Positions 35,461 through 44,361 of a stretch of DNA of 64,000 nucleotides are shown here, piece after piece. The position numbers and the translations under genes are program-made. The notes beneath the pieces are model-generated. The model did not search any database. It was given only the letters and a program-made list of their open reading frames with translations, and had not been told where the DNA came from. How positions within the stretch are numbered: the stretch's first letter is position 1; every line of letters starts with the position of its first letter. The stretch covers positions 3,334 through 67,333 of the forward strand of contig JBEKPZ010000013.1 in the NCBI GenBank assembly GCA_049520215.1. The letters are read 5' to 3'. The DNA comes from Bryobacteraceae bacterium (GTDB taxonomy: Bacteria > Acidobacteriota > Terriglobia > Bryobacterales > Bryobacteraceae).

Positions 35461-35573
35461 TCAGCCCAAGATGCGCCGCGCAGCGCGATACAAATCCCCA
35501 TATTCCGCGTCCAACAATCGCGCTATAGTGGTTTTGACATCGGCGGAATTCCATAACCACCACGGATCCCCCC

Positions 35574-36371
35574 ATGAACTGCATCGCGCCCCTCGCCATC
35601 CTCGTCGTTTTCGCAACCGCAGCCAACGCCCAGACAGCCCAGGCCCCGCACGTGCAGGACGGCGGCGCGACTGCCTACACGCGCGACGGCGGCGTATCCG
35701 AGGTTCTGCAAAGCATCTACATCCCGCCGCTGCTCAATGCGCCGTTCTCTGCGATGGTCCACACCGAGTGGACGCGTCCCATGTCCGGTGGCGGCAACTT
35801 TACCTTCGTCAACCAGCGCCAGGTGGCCCGCGACGGCCGCGGACGTATCTACGAAGAGCGCTGGCTGCTGGCGCCCAAAGGCAGCGAAGACCACTCGCGC
35901 ATGAACGTCATCCAGATCGCCGACCCCAACGCGCACACACTCTATAACTGCTTTACTCTGCAAACGCCCCATCGCTGCGTCCTCCAGACGTTTGCCGAAG
36001 CCGCCGTAAAGTCCTACAAGCCGGCTGTATTCCAGAGCGGCCCATTGCCCAACAACGCGGGCGAACGCGTACATGAGGACCTCGGCGCCCGCACCATCTC
36101 CGGAATCGAAACCGTCGGCACGCGCGACACCAGCAAACTGAATGCCGGCGTCATGGGCAGCGACCAGCCGTTCTCCACCTGGCGCGAGTTCTGGCAAGCC
36201 CCACAGATCGGCGTCAATCTCTACTCTGAGGTCGTTAACCCCTCAGTCGGCAAGCAGGTTTTCACGCTCACCGATGTCAACCTCGCCGAACCCGACCCCA
36301 AGCTCTTCGAGTTGCCCGAAGGCTTCGATGTCGTCGATCGCCGCAAGCCGGTCGCGCAGCACCCGGAGTAA
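35574..36371 (+). CDS. Secreted hypothetical protein
   Basis: 265-aa ORF. Signal peptide MNCIAPLAILVVFATAANAQ. No recognisable motif. Confidence 0.7.
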   Translation: MNCIAPLAILVVFATAANAQTAQAPHVQDGGATAYTRDGGVSEVLQSIYIPPLLNAPFSAMVHTEWTRPMSGGGNFTFVNQRQVARDGRGRIYEERWLLAPKGSEDHSRMNVIQIADPNAHTLYNCFTLQTPHRCVLQTFAEAAVKSYKPAVFQSGPLPNNAGERVHEDLGARTISGIETVGTRDTSKLNAGVMGSDQPFSTWREFWQAPQIGVNLYSEVVNPSVGKQVFTLTDVNLAEPDPKLFELPEGFDVVDRRKPVAQHPE

Positions 36372-36641
36372 GCCAAGCCGCTTCCAAGTGAGCTCGACCT
36401 TTGCGGCTGAGTTCGCAACACCGAAGACGGAGATGTGGAAGTGGTGGCGTCCGGCAGCGAACCGACTTGGCCGAGTTGCGCCCAAGCCTTCGGCGCGGCC
36501 CGCGGGGCATCCTGTGTCGCGAACGGCTTCCGATCGTGCCTGACCAACGCCGCTGAAGGCACGACGAGACCCGGCTCCGGCTCGTGCGTACCGCAACCTG
36601 AGTGGTGGTAACTTTGGGGCAGATGTTTATCATCTTCTACT

Positions 36642-39185
36642 ATGACGATAGCGGCTCTGAGGATCTCACGGGAGGGTAACGTCCGCCCAATGACACCGGC
36701 CAAAACAAGGAGCACGCCGGGCGAACACGCCTGGCTGGCGTCTCTGGTCCCTTGGTCCGCGTCTTCCGCCAGGTTTGTTGCGTTCTTCGCAGCATCCATT
36801 GCGGTGCCACTGGCGATCGCGCAGGCGCCAGCTCTTTCTCCCGTCTCCGCGACGGGGCCGGCCGCCCGGCCGGCGAAGGTAAACCCGAAAGACGGTTTAA
36901 CCTACCTCCTGATCCCGCCAGGGCGGTTCATCATGGGCTGCTCACCAGGGGACGAGGAGTGCTTTGACGAGGAGAAAAGGTCACACGAAGTAACGTTAAC
37001 CTCGGGCTTCTGGATGGGCCAGACGGACGTGACCCAGGAGGCCTACCAGCGCGTGATGGGGCGGAATCCGAGTCATTTTAAGGGCGCAAGCTTACCGGTG
37101 GATTCGGTAAGTTGGTCTGAAGCCCAAGAATATTGCCAGAAGGTGGGGGCGCGGCTGCCGACGGAAGCGGAGTGGGAATATGCGGCCCGGGGAAGCAATC
37201 CGTCCAGCCGGAACGGCCCACTGGGAGACATCGGATGGCACCGCGGCAATAGCCGAAGTAAGACCCACGCGGTGGCGCAGAAGAAGGCGAATCCATACGG
37301 GCTCTACGATATGCTCGGAAACGTCTGGCAATGGACCGCGGATTGGTATGGGGATTACGCATTCACGCCGGCGAGCGATCCGACAGGACCAGGCGGCGGA
37401 ACAGGGCGCGCGTTGCGCGGTGGTTCTTGGGCCGACAATTCGAGATTTCTGCGTGAATCGGAGCGTGAGGGGGCCTTACCTGGCGACCGTTACGACGTGA
37501 TCGGGTTCCGGTGTGTGAGTGCCTTTGTTCCAGGGGACCGGGATCTGTCGGCGGGGTTTGTTCCCGAGGACCGAGCTGTGCCCGCCGGCGGCGCCAGCGA
37601 GTCGGTCGACTTCACATATCCACCGGACTTTTCATGGAAGGCTTCGAGCAGCGCGGACTGGATTACGTTCACCGGGCCAACGTCAGGAGTTGGCAAGGGG
37701 ACGCTTCGCTATCAGGTTGCGTCCAACGCGGGGCCCGACCGCGCCGCCACCATCACGGTTGCCGGCTCTTCCTTCACGGTGGAGCAGGGGGCGGGTTCAA
37801 TCCCAGGGCTGAGCTTCATCGGTTGCATGCCCCACGTCGCCGCCGGGCAGGATTGGAAGACGACGTTCACGCTGGTCGACAAGGATAGCGCGCCGGCTCA
37901 GGTCCGCCTGAGTCTTATCGGGGACTCTGGTAGTCCGCTCAAATTGCCTGTCACCTTTCCGCAACTGCTTTCAACCCGGGGACCGCTCATCGGGGCATCG
38001 CTGGACCGAACGCTTTCCTCCAACGCTTTGTTGATTATTGACACAGCAGGTGCGCAAACCGGGCCGATTCAGGCGGGCTCGGCGCAATTGGCCGCGACTG
38101 GTTCGGTGGACGGGTTCGCGATCCTCCATTTGATTCCCGGAGGGCAGGAAACCGCAGTGCCGCTCGAAACCCGCAATGCGGGGTCCCATCTACTGGCATT
38201 CGACAACACCGGTGGAGTAGGGCTGAGCGTGGCCCTTGCCAACACCTCCGCGCAGGCCGCCAACGTTGGGGTAGTGATTCGCGATGCTACCGGCGCGCAG
38301 ATTGGAACCGGCTCCCTCGCCCTGGAGAGCGGCGGCCATACTGCGTTCCTCTTATCCACCGAGTACCCGGTGACCGCGAACAAGCAGGGCACCATCGAGT
38401 TTGACACTCCGCCAGGCGGCCGGATCGGTGCGTTGGGCATCCGTACCACGCCGCTAGGGACGACTCACACGCTCACCGCCATTCCAGCGCTGGCCAACAT
38501 CGGAACCGGCGGCGGTTCGATCCCGCACACCGCTACGGGAAACGGCTGGCAATCCACGTTCGTGCTGATCAACACGGGTAAAAGCGCAGCGCGAGCCAGC
38601 CTCGCCTTCTTCGACGATAGAGGGAACCCGCTCTCACTGCCGATAGAGTTTCCGCAGTTGGGGGGCGCGGCCTCTGTGGTTTCCTCCGTGAATCAAACTC
38701 TGGCGGCAGGAGCGACTCTGCTGGTCGAGAGCGCGGCGCCGTTAACCAATCCGGCGCCAACGATTGGTTCGGCGCAGCTCTCCACCGATGGCAACGTCGG
38801 CGGGTTTGAGATCTTGCGTTACAATCCGAGCGGGCAGGAAGCGGTTGTACCCATTGAGAGCCGCAACGCCAAAGCCTACCTGCTCGCCTTCGACAATAGC
38901 AACGGGACCGCCACCGGCGTCGCGATTAACAGCACCTCAACGCAAGCGGCGAGTATCCCGGTGGTGGTTCGCGACGACACAGGCGCGCAAATCGCAACTG
39001 ACACGATTCCCTTGGCGGCGAATGGGCACCTGGCGTTTACGCTGGCGGTGGACAAATATCCGGCGACCGCGAACATCCGCGGTACCATCGAGTTCGATAC
39101 GCCCGCAGGCGCTCGGATCGGCGTGCTAGGCATCCGTATGCCCGTTGCGCACACCTTTACTACCTTGCCGCCATTAGTAAAGTAA
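36642..39185 (+). CDS. Formylglycine-generating-enzyme (SUMF1/FGE-sulfatase) domain protein with a BACON-like domain and a duplicated about 215-aa C-terminal domain
   Basis: FWMGQTDVTQEAYQRVMG, RLPTEAEWEYAARG, GNVWQWTADWY and RALRGGSW...GFRCV are FGE-domain motifs. WKASSSADWITFTGP...AATITVAG is BACON-like. Two homologous blocks start HVAAGQDWKTTFTLV and HTATGNGWQSTFVLI. The alternative start is 36690. Confidence 0.85.
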   Translation: MTIAALRISREGNVRPMTPAKTRSTPGEHAWLASLVPWSASSARFVAFFAASIAVPLAIAQAPALSPVSATGPAARPAKVNPKDGLTYLLIPPGRFIMGCSPGDEECFDEEKRSHEVTLTSGFWMGQTDVTQEAYQRVMGRNPSHFKGASLPVDSVSWSEAQEYCQKVGARLPTEAEWEYAARGSNPSSRNGPLGDIGWHRGNSRSKTHAVAQKKANPYGLYDMLGNVWQWTADWYGDYAFTPASDPTGPGGGTGRALRGGSWADNSRFLRESEREGALPGDRYDVIGFRCVSAFVPGDRDLSAGFVPEDRAVPAGGASESVDFTYPPDFSWKASSSADWITFTGPTSGVGKGTLRYQVASNAGPDRAATITVAGSSFTVEQGAGSIPGLSFIGCMPHVAAGQDWKTTFTLVDKDSAPAQVRLSLIGDSGSPLKLPVTFPQLLSTRGPLIGASLDRTLSSNALLIIDTAGAQTGPIQAGSAQLAATGSVDGFAILHLIPGGQETAVPLETRNAGSHLLAFDNTGGVGLSVALANTSAQAANVGVVIRDATGAQIGTGSLALESGGHTAFLLSTEYPVTANKQGTIEFDTPPGGRIGALGIRTTPLGTTHTLTAIPALANIGTGGGSIPHTATGNGWQSTFVLINTGKSAARASLAFFDDRGNPLSLPIEFPQLGGAASVVSSVNQTLAAGATLLVESAAPLTNPAPTIGSAQLSTDGNVGGFEILRYNPSGQEAVVPIESRNAKAYLLAFDNSNGTATGVAINSTSTQAASIPVVVRDDTGAQIATDTIPLAANGHLAFTLAVDKYPATANIRGTIEFDTPAGARIGVLGIRMPVAHTFTTLPPLVK

Positions 39186-39239
39186 ATGGCGTAACCCGAA
39201 AAAGACAGACGTTTCCTGCCAACCGGCACCACACCGGCC

Positions 39240-39341
39240 TGTGGGGCGGGCAATTTTGCCCCGGGGTCCCCCCTGGGGGCGGCTTTCAGCCGGCCCGAGC
39301 CGCCTAAAAAAGGCGGCTGCGGCCAAGATTGGCCGCCCCGC
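39240..39341. repeat. Five-module mosaic element
   Basis: Same module order as 35372..35460, with an extra G/C-only hairpin (GGGGTCCCCCCTGGGG region) after the first module. The right terminus is CCGCCCCGCA. Confidence 0.85.
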
Positions 39342-39455
39342 AAAGCGGCAAGGCGCAAACTCAAATGGCGTTTCCGAAGAAGTACCTTGGTTGATGTTCC
39401 AAATCACCATGCACCAGGAGGAAACGCCATGAAACAGTTTATCGCTAAGTTTGAA
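39319..39455. repeat. Right arm of 137-bp inverted repeat, including a 9-codon stub of the MKQFIAKFE gene
   Basis: Reverse complement of 25214..25350 with 1 mismatch. ATG at 39429, and similarity ends after codon 9. Confidence 0.85.
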
Positions 39456-39939
39456 ATCGCCCGTTGCGATAACGCGTCAGATCTTTCCAGTACAGCCCCA
39501 TCCAGATGTCCCCTGCGCGATCTTCAGCATAAACGGCCTGTGTTCCGAGTGGCTTGCCGCCTTGGTCGTTTCTGAATCTCCGGATGACGCCGGTCGCCCG
39601 CGTCCACAGGTCCACATCGTCCGCGCCGAGCACTGCGATCCACACATCACCGCGGGAATCTTCATACATCCCGTAGATCGTCTTCCCGGATAAACCGTCG
39701 CGCTCGGTGAAGATGTGCTCCGGTAAAGTTCGCGCCAGGTCTTTGAGATCGTGCACGATTGGATATCCGCAAAGCCCTTCGTCGGTTGCCACCCACCAGG
39801 CGCCGGTATGGTCCTGAAAGTGAATCTGGCCGGCGCCCCAGGTGAAGTTCGCCACTTGCCGCGGCATTCGTGGAATGACCGCGGAAAAGCGCTCGCCATC
39901 AAATACATTCAGATACCGGAAGCGAGGATCGCCGGTCAC
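39445..39939 (-). pseudogene. Fragment of a two-component-sensor beta-propeller (Reg_prop-type) domain
   Basis: DHTGAWWVATDEGL, DSRGDVWIAVLG and DRAGDIWMGLY are repeated propeller-blade motifs. There is no N-terminal signal or TM segment and no kinase domain. The C-terminal end runs into antisense of the stub at 39429..39455. Confidence 0.6.
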
Positions 39940-40029
39940 TGCGATAAGATGGCCGGCGCGATCCTCGAGTTTCGCGCTGCGACCCGGCCGAAAGCCTCTG
40001 CCTCGGCAAGGGTGACAACGGCAAGACCA

Positions 40030-40700
40030 GCTTCTCTCGTTGTACGCCAGGAGTCGAACAATACCGAGGCGGACCTTGCCGACCTACGCAGCGCCCGGTT
40101 CGTGATGACCAGCGAGACGGAACAAGGGCAGCGACTGGCGGAAGGCAAGCTGAAGCGGATCACTCAGGGCATGGGGAGAATCAAGGCCACCCGCAGATAC
40201 GAGAATCCCATCGAGTTTGACGATACGCATAGGTTGTGGATGGATGCGAACCACAAGCCGGAGATACGCGGGACCGATAACGCCGTCTGGAACCGACTGC
40301 ACCTGATCCCTTTCGACGTGACGATGCCGAAAGACGAAATTGACCACGGATTGCCGGCAAAGCTGGCCGCGGAAGCGCCGGGTATCCTTCCTCTGGGCCG
40401 TGAGGGGCGCGGTGCAAATTTGGATAATGAATTTCAGACCGCCGTTCGGACGCGCCCCGGATAAACCGCCCGATCTGGTCTGATTCCTTCCGACATTCCT
40501 TTCCCCGCGAACGTGTCGCCGAGGAACGAGCGCGACCCCTTGGGTGCGGACGCCGGGCTGGTATGAGGGAGCCATCCTGGCGGCGTCTGGGCGCGTCGTG
40601 GGCCGAACGCGCGAAGGGCGTCCATTCCTCCTTTCGGCCGCAGCCGCCAGTTTTGCCGTCCTTGGGAAGGGAACGAAATCCGCCACCAGTCGCGCGAGGT
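40030..40700 (+). pseudogene. P4/D5-family phage or plasmid primase C-terminal fragment, frameshifted
   Basis: DLADLRSARFVMTSETEQGQRLAEGKLKRITQGMGRIKATRRYENPIEFDDTHRLWMDANHKPEIRGTDNAVWNRLHLIPFDVTMPKDEIDHGLPAKLAAEAPGIL matches the conserved TIGR01613-type region. Primase and Walker regions are absent, and the tail changes frame after GIL. Confidence 0.6.
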
Positions 40701-40779
40701 TGCGTCGGTAGCGACCGCCGCGACCAGTGTGTCCGCCGGAGCCCACGGGCGCGCCCGGGCCGAAAAACGTCACATGGCG

Positions 40780-41361
40780 TTAGCGAAATGCTGGAAACGC
40801 CGCGTGATTCCGTACTTGACGTGCCTGCCACAAATGCCGCCGCTCATGGGCCGCGATCCAGGTGAAGGTAAACTGCAGGTTGAATCTAAGCGGCCGGGCC
40901 TCCGGCGCGGGCACCTTGATGTGGGCCAGATCCAACCCGCTGGCTTGCTCCAGTTGCCGCGACAATTGCTCCTGTAAGCGCCGGAAAGTTGGCAGTACGG
41001 CCGCTATGGGCTGGCCGTATGCTGGGGTGAACGCACGCGGAGCCTTGTACTTGTGCTTGGACGGCGGCTCTGTGTGAGCGATAATCCACTTCCCCAGCCA
41101 GCCATACCCGAAGGGTCCATCCGCCAGACGGCCGCGCCCGCGCGCGTCCGCCAGAGTCGGTTCGAGCATGCGCACACAGCGATCGCCCACCAGATTCAGA
41201 TGCAGCAGGCACTCGGCCATCGACCAACTGTGCGCGTCCGGGCGCCAGTTGAATTGCGATTCCTGCAACCCATCTACGAGCTCTGATGCTAGCGCTTTCG
41301 CCGCGGCAAATTGGCGGTCCAGTTCGGCAAGTTCGGGGGACAATGACGACGTGGTCAACAT
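40780..41361 (-). CDS. DinB family (DinB_2) protein
   Basis: 193 aa. FNWRPDAHSWSMAECLLHLNLV and the C-terminal WIAAHERRHLWQARQV are typical DinB/YfiT-like His-triad helices. Confidence 0.8.
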   Translation of the reverse strand: MLTTSSLSPELAELDRQFAAAKALASELVDGLQESQFNWRPDAHSWSMAECLLHLNLVGDRCVRMLEPTLADARGRGRLADGPFGYGWLGKWIIAHTEPPSKHKYKAPRAFTPAYGQPIAAVLPTFRRLQEQLSRQLEQASGLDLAHIKVPAPEARPLRFNLQFTFTWIAAHERRHLWQARQVRNHAAFPAFR

Positions 41362-41397
41362 ACTCTCATACCGAAAGACGATAGTTAACGGATCCGG

Positions 41398-41973
41398 TCA
41401 GTCGCCACCCGCCCCCCGGGCTGCTTTGATATATCCCAGTACACCTACATAGCCCTCCTGCGCAACGCCGGCAGCCCTCTCCCGAAAGCCGCCTATGTCC
41501 GTGGGCGACCATGTGGCTAACCCGTCTACATAGCGGTTATACATGCAAAAAGCGGCAGCAATCAAAACCGTGTCGTGGATCTCCCGGTCCGTTGCGCCCT
41601 CTCGCCGCGCGCGTTCGACGTCCTCCGGCTGAACGTCTTTCCCGGAGCGCTGCACTTTACCCGCGATAGCCAGCAGCGCCTTGAGTTTGTCCGAAATGGC
41701 CGCGTGTTCGAAATCGCGCTTCACTTCCTGGACGATGTCCTCGTTGCCGCTGAGGTGATGGGCCGCAATCGCGCCATGGGCGGTCTGACAGTAGAAGCAA
41801 TCGTTCCGGGAAGAAACATAGGTGGCGATGAGTTCGCGTTCTCCGGGCGTCAGCGTGCTTTCATCGTGCAGCAGCACTTGGGCAATCTCGGATAGGGGCA
41901 CTGCGGTCTCGGGACGGAACGCAAACAGGCCGCGAATGCCGGGCAACCCCGCTGGAACTCGAATATGTGGCAT
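41398..41973 (-). CDS. Peroxidase-related enzyme, carboxymuconolactone decarboxylase/AhpD-like
   Basis: 191 aa. ELIATYVSSRNDCFYCQTAHGA carries the CxxC-type motif. Tandem paralog of 41986..42558. Confidence 0.85.
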   Translation of the reverse strand: MPHIRVPAGLPGIRGLFAFRPETAVPLSEIAQVLLHDESTLTPGERELIATYVSSRNDCFYCQTAHGAIAAHHLSGNEDIVQEVKRDFEHAAISDKLKALLAIAGKVQRSGKDVQPEDVERARREGATDREIHDTVLIAAAFCMYNRYVDGLATWSPTDIGGFRERAAGVAQEGYVGVLGYIKAARGAGGD

Positions 41974-41985
41974 GCTTCCTCTCCT

Positions 41986-42558
41986 TTAGCTGGCGTTGCC
42001 GGCCGCCGCTGGCAGGCCGTCGGTGGACGCCACATACCCCTCCCGGGCCAACCGGGCCCCCGGATCGCGGTACGCATTCGGCTCATGAGGCGCCCAAGTG
42101 GCCAATCCGTCCACATACCGGTTGTACATACAGAAGGCCGCGGCGATCAACACTGTGTCGTGGATCTCCAGATCAGTGGCCCCGAGCCGCCGGGCACGCT
42201 CGACGTCGCCGGTCTGGACGTTCTTGCCGGCACGCTGCACTGCGCCGGCAAGAGCCAGCAGAGCTTTGAGCTTGTCCGAAACTGGCGCTCCCTCCGCGCT
42301 CTCCTTCACGTCCAGGACGAGCTGCTCATTGCCACCAAGGTGATAAGCCGCCACCGCGCCATGGATGGTCTGGCAGAAAAAGCAATCGTTCCGCGAGGAA
42401 ACGTAAGTGGCGATTAGTTCGCGCTCGCCGGGTGACAGAGAACTGGGACCACGCAGCAAGATGTCCGCCAGCTCGTTCAAGGGCTTGGCGGTCTCCGGCC
42501 GAAAGGCCATGGGTCCCAGGATACCGGGCAGTCCCTCTGGAAGTTTAATATGAGGCAT
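41986..42558 (-). CDS. Peroxidase-related enzyme, carboxymuconolactone decarboxylase/AhpD-like (tandem paralog)
   Basis: 190 aa. Colinear with 41398..41973 (MPHIxxPxGLPGIxG...ELIATYVSSRNDCFFCQTIHGA...IHDTVLIAAAFCMYNRYVDGLATW). Confidence 0.85.
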   Translation of the reverse strand: MPHIKLPEGLPGILGPMAFRPETAKPLNELADILLRGPSSLSPGERELIATYVSSRNDCFFCQTIHGAVAAYHLGGNEQLVLDVKESAEGAPVSDKLKALLALAGAVQRAGKNVQTGDVERARRLGATDLEIHDTVLIAAAFCMYNRYVDGLATWAPHEPNAYRDPGARLAREGYVASTDGLPAAAGNAS

Positions 42559-42623
42559 TCCTGATTATCCAACTCTGAAGATTATGGGCCGAATCGGAGC
42601 TTTAGGTCAATAATGCTTATGTA

Positions 42624-42809
42624 CTATTCTTTTTGATCCAGGACAGCCTCCACAAAGTCGCCCAATTGTTCCGCACTGAACTCATTCCCCTCGAAATTGG
42701 CGGCCAACTTCCCCTGCCGATCGATAATGATGGTGTGCAGGGAATGCGTCAGGGCGCCCTCGTCCGGCCAGAAGTTCACTCCGAACCTGCGGCACACGGT
42801 CTTGAGCAC
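42624..42809 (-). pseudogene. C-terminal fragment of an SCO1/SenC-type thioredoxin-fold protein
   Basis: FGVNFWPDEGALTHSLHTIIIDRQGKLAANFEGNEF resembles the SCO C-terminus. The CxxxC region is missing. The reading frame starts exactly at the edge of mosaic element 42811..42912. Confidence 0.5.
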
Positions 42810-42810
42810 A

Positions 42811-42912
42811 GTGGGGCGGGCTATTCAGCCCGCGGACCCGCTCTCTAGCGGGTCCAGCCGCCTGAAAAGGCGTCCCCAGAGGGGACCCCAGGCCAGGATT
42901 GGCCGCCCCACA
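42811..42912. repeat. Mosaic element with an alternative module set
   Basis: GTGGGGCGG GCTattcAGC CCGCG GACCCGCtctctaGCGGGTC CA GCCGCCtgaaaaGGCG TCCCCagaGGGGA CCCCA GGCCAggaTTGGCC GCCCCACA. Confidence 0.85.
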
Positions 42913-42947
42913 CGGGCGTCTGAGTACTCTCCGGGATTTCGGACGCA
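42835..42947. repeat. Left arm of 113-bp inverted repeat (partner 45511..45623)
   Basis: 112 of 113 positions identical by eye to the reverse complement of 45511..45623 (tgaGtac vs tgaAtac). It includes 78 bp of the mosaic element plus 35 bp beyond its CCCCACA terminus. Confidence 0.85.
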
Positions 42948-43037
42948 GCCCTCCGACAAATCAAGGATAGGCGGAGACATCAGGCTACACGATCTTCGAT
43001 GTTATAGGCGAAAGATATATCTCGTGGGGTTGAAGGC

Positions 43038-44339
43038 TTACCGGATCGACCGGAATCCGCACAGCCGGCAAAGTATCCAGGCGCCTGCGCGCAAGATGTT
43101 CAGGAGTGCGCCAAAAGCAGCAGTAGACAGTACGCCGCGCGGCCGCAGACGCGAGTATAGGCCGTTCACGCTCCAGGCTGCCGCCGTATAAATCGTCGCC
43201 GCCCGCTCGATGCCCACCCGGTCTCTTACCGGCCAGTCGTACACGAGCCTTTCGATGCCGCCGTTAAAGAACGTTCCCATTTGCAGAACTCGTGCGCTAT
43301 ATGACTTTCCGGACATGGACGACATCTCGGACTTGCTCCTGGCCGCCGCGATGAGTGCCGACGCTTCTTCCGCGTGCCTCAGAGCCGAGGTAACGCCGTT
43401 GGAGGTGATGGGATCGAGCATCGAGGCAGCCTCGCCCGCAATTACCCAGTTCGGGCCGGTAACTCTACGATAAGTCCGGCAACTGAAAGACGTTACCTTG
43501 GGAACCGTGGCGGGCTCACTTTGCAAGAGGGACGCCAGACGCCCGAAGCGCGCAAGTTGGCCCCTGAAGATGTCCTCGACTGCGATCCCAGCATCCCGCC
43601 CTTTCTTCATGGCTTCGCCAGTCGTAACATATCCGACACTCAACGTATTTGGACCGATAGGGATTTCCCAAATCCAATCCTGGTACTCCCCTCGCACTGG
43701 GTCCATGTAAATGGTTGTTCCTTCTTGCGCCGGCGGGGCGGCGAAATAGGACCACAGGCAAACCTTGCGAGGCCCGTACGCAACGGCGGAAAGGTTGAAT
43801 TCCCGCGCCAGCAAACTGGTGAATGAGCCCGAGGCGTCGACGTACCAGGGCGAGGTAAATCGCGCGCCCGATGCTGTTTGTATCGCGCGAATCCGCTTCC
43901 CGGTCCTCTCCACTTTGAGACCTTTATCGTGGACTACCTGGACTCCACGTCGTACAATCAAGTCTTGCAGTGCCCTGTCTAAGCGCATCCGATCGACATG
44001 GATCGTGCGCAGTGCGACGTGAAACGGCGCTTGGGCCACCCACGGAGCGGGCCGGAAATCCTTCGCTTCCCCCTCTCCCAACTGCAAAGTCACGCCGTGT
44101 TTGTACGTCGCGATTCCCGCATGGATCAGATCTTCCGCAGGCAGACCCAAGGCGCTTAACAAGTCGGGAGAGGCCCAGTCCAGTGACTCACCGACAGGCT
44201 GCCGAACTCCGGTTTCGGGTTCGATGCAAACGACACGGAAACCAGCCTTCGCCAGATGCAGAGAGGCAGCCATGCCAGCCAATCCGGCGCCGATCACGGT
44301 GACATCGAAACTGTACGCAGTGCCTGGCTGCATTTCCAT
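43038..44339 (-). CDS. FAD-dependent oxidoreductase, flavin-dependent halogenase-like
   Basis: Start at MEMQPGTAYSFDVTVIGAGLAGMAASLHLAKAG (GxGxxG). DWIWEIPIG fits the WxWxIP motif of flavin-dependent halogenases. The upstream ORF extension overlapping the MetE-like gene was rejected. Confidence 0.75.
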   Translation of the reverse strand: MEMQPGTAYSFDVTVIGAGLAGMAASLHLAKAGFRVVCIEPETGVRQPVGESLDWASPDLLSALGLPAEDLIHAGIATYKHGVTLQLGEGEAKDFRPAPWVAQAPFHVALRTIHVDRMRLDRALQDLIVRRGVQVVHDKGLKVERTGKRIRAIQTASGARFTSPWYVDASGSFTSLLAREFNLSAVAYGPRKVCLWSYFAAPPAQEGTTIYMDPVRGEYQDWIWEIPIGPNTLSVGYVTTGEAMKKGRDAGIAVEDIFRGQLARFGRLASLLQSEPATVPKVTSFSCRTYRRVTGPNWVIAGEAASMLDPITSNGVTSALRHAEEASALIAAARSKSEMSSMSGKSYSARVLQMGTFFNGGIERLVYDWPVRDRVGIERAATIYTAAAWSVNGLYSRLRPRGVLSTAAFGALLNILRAGAWILCRLCGFRSIR

Positions 44340-44361
44340 TGTGCGGCAAAGAATACGGCGC

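Noticed and set aside
35371-35556. Small ORFs translating mosaic elements (also 20758..20967, 39174..39432, 49051..49347, 42697..42950 and the N-termini of 24917..25357 and 45672..49310), giving peptides such as MWGGQFCPQPAFSR and AAAKIGRPT
   Set aside because: The shared peptides come from the repeated hairpin DNA read in either orientation. They have no start context and occur in both strands, so they are repeat artefacts and not a protein family.
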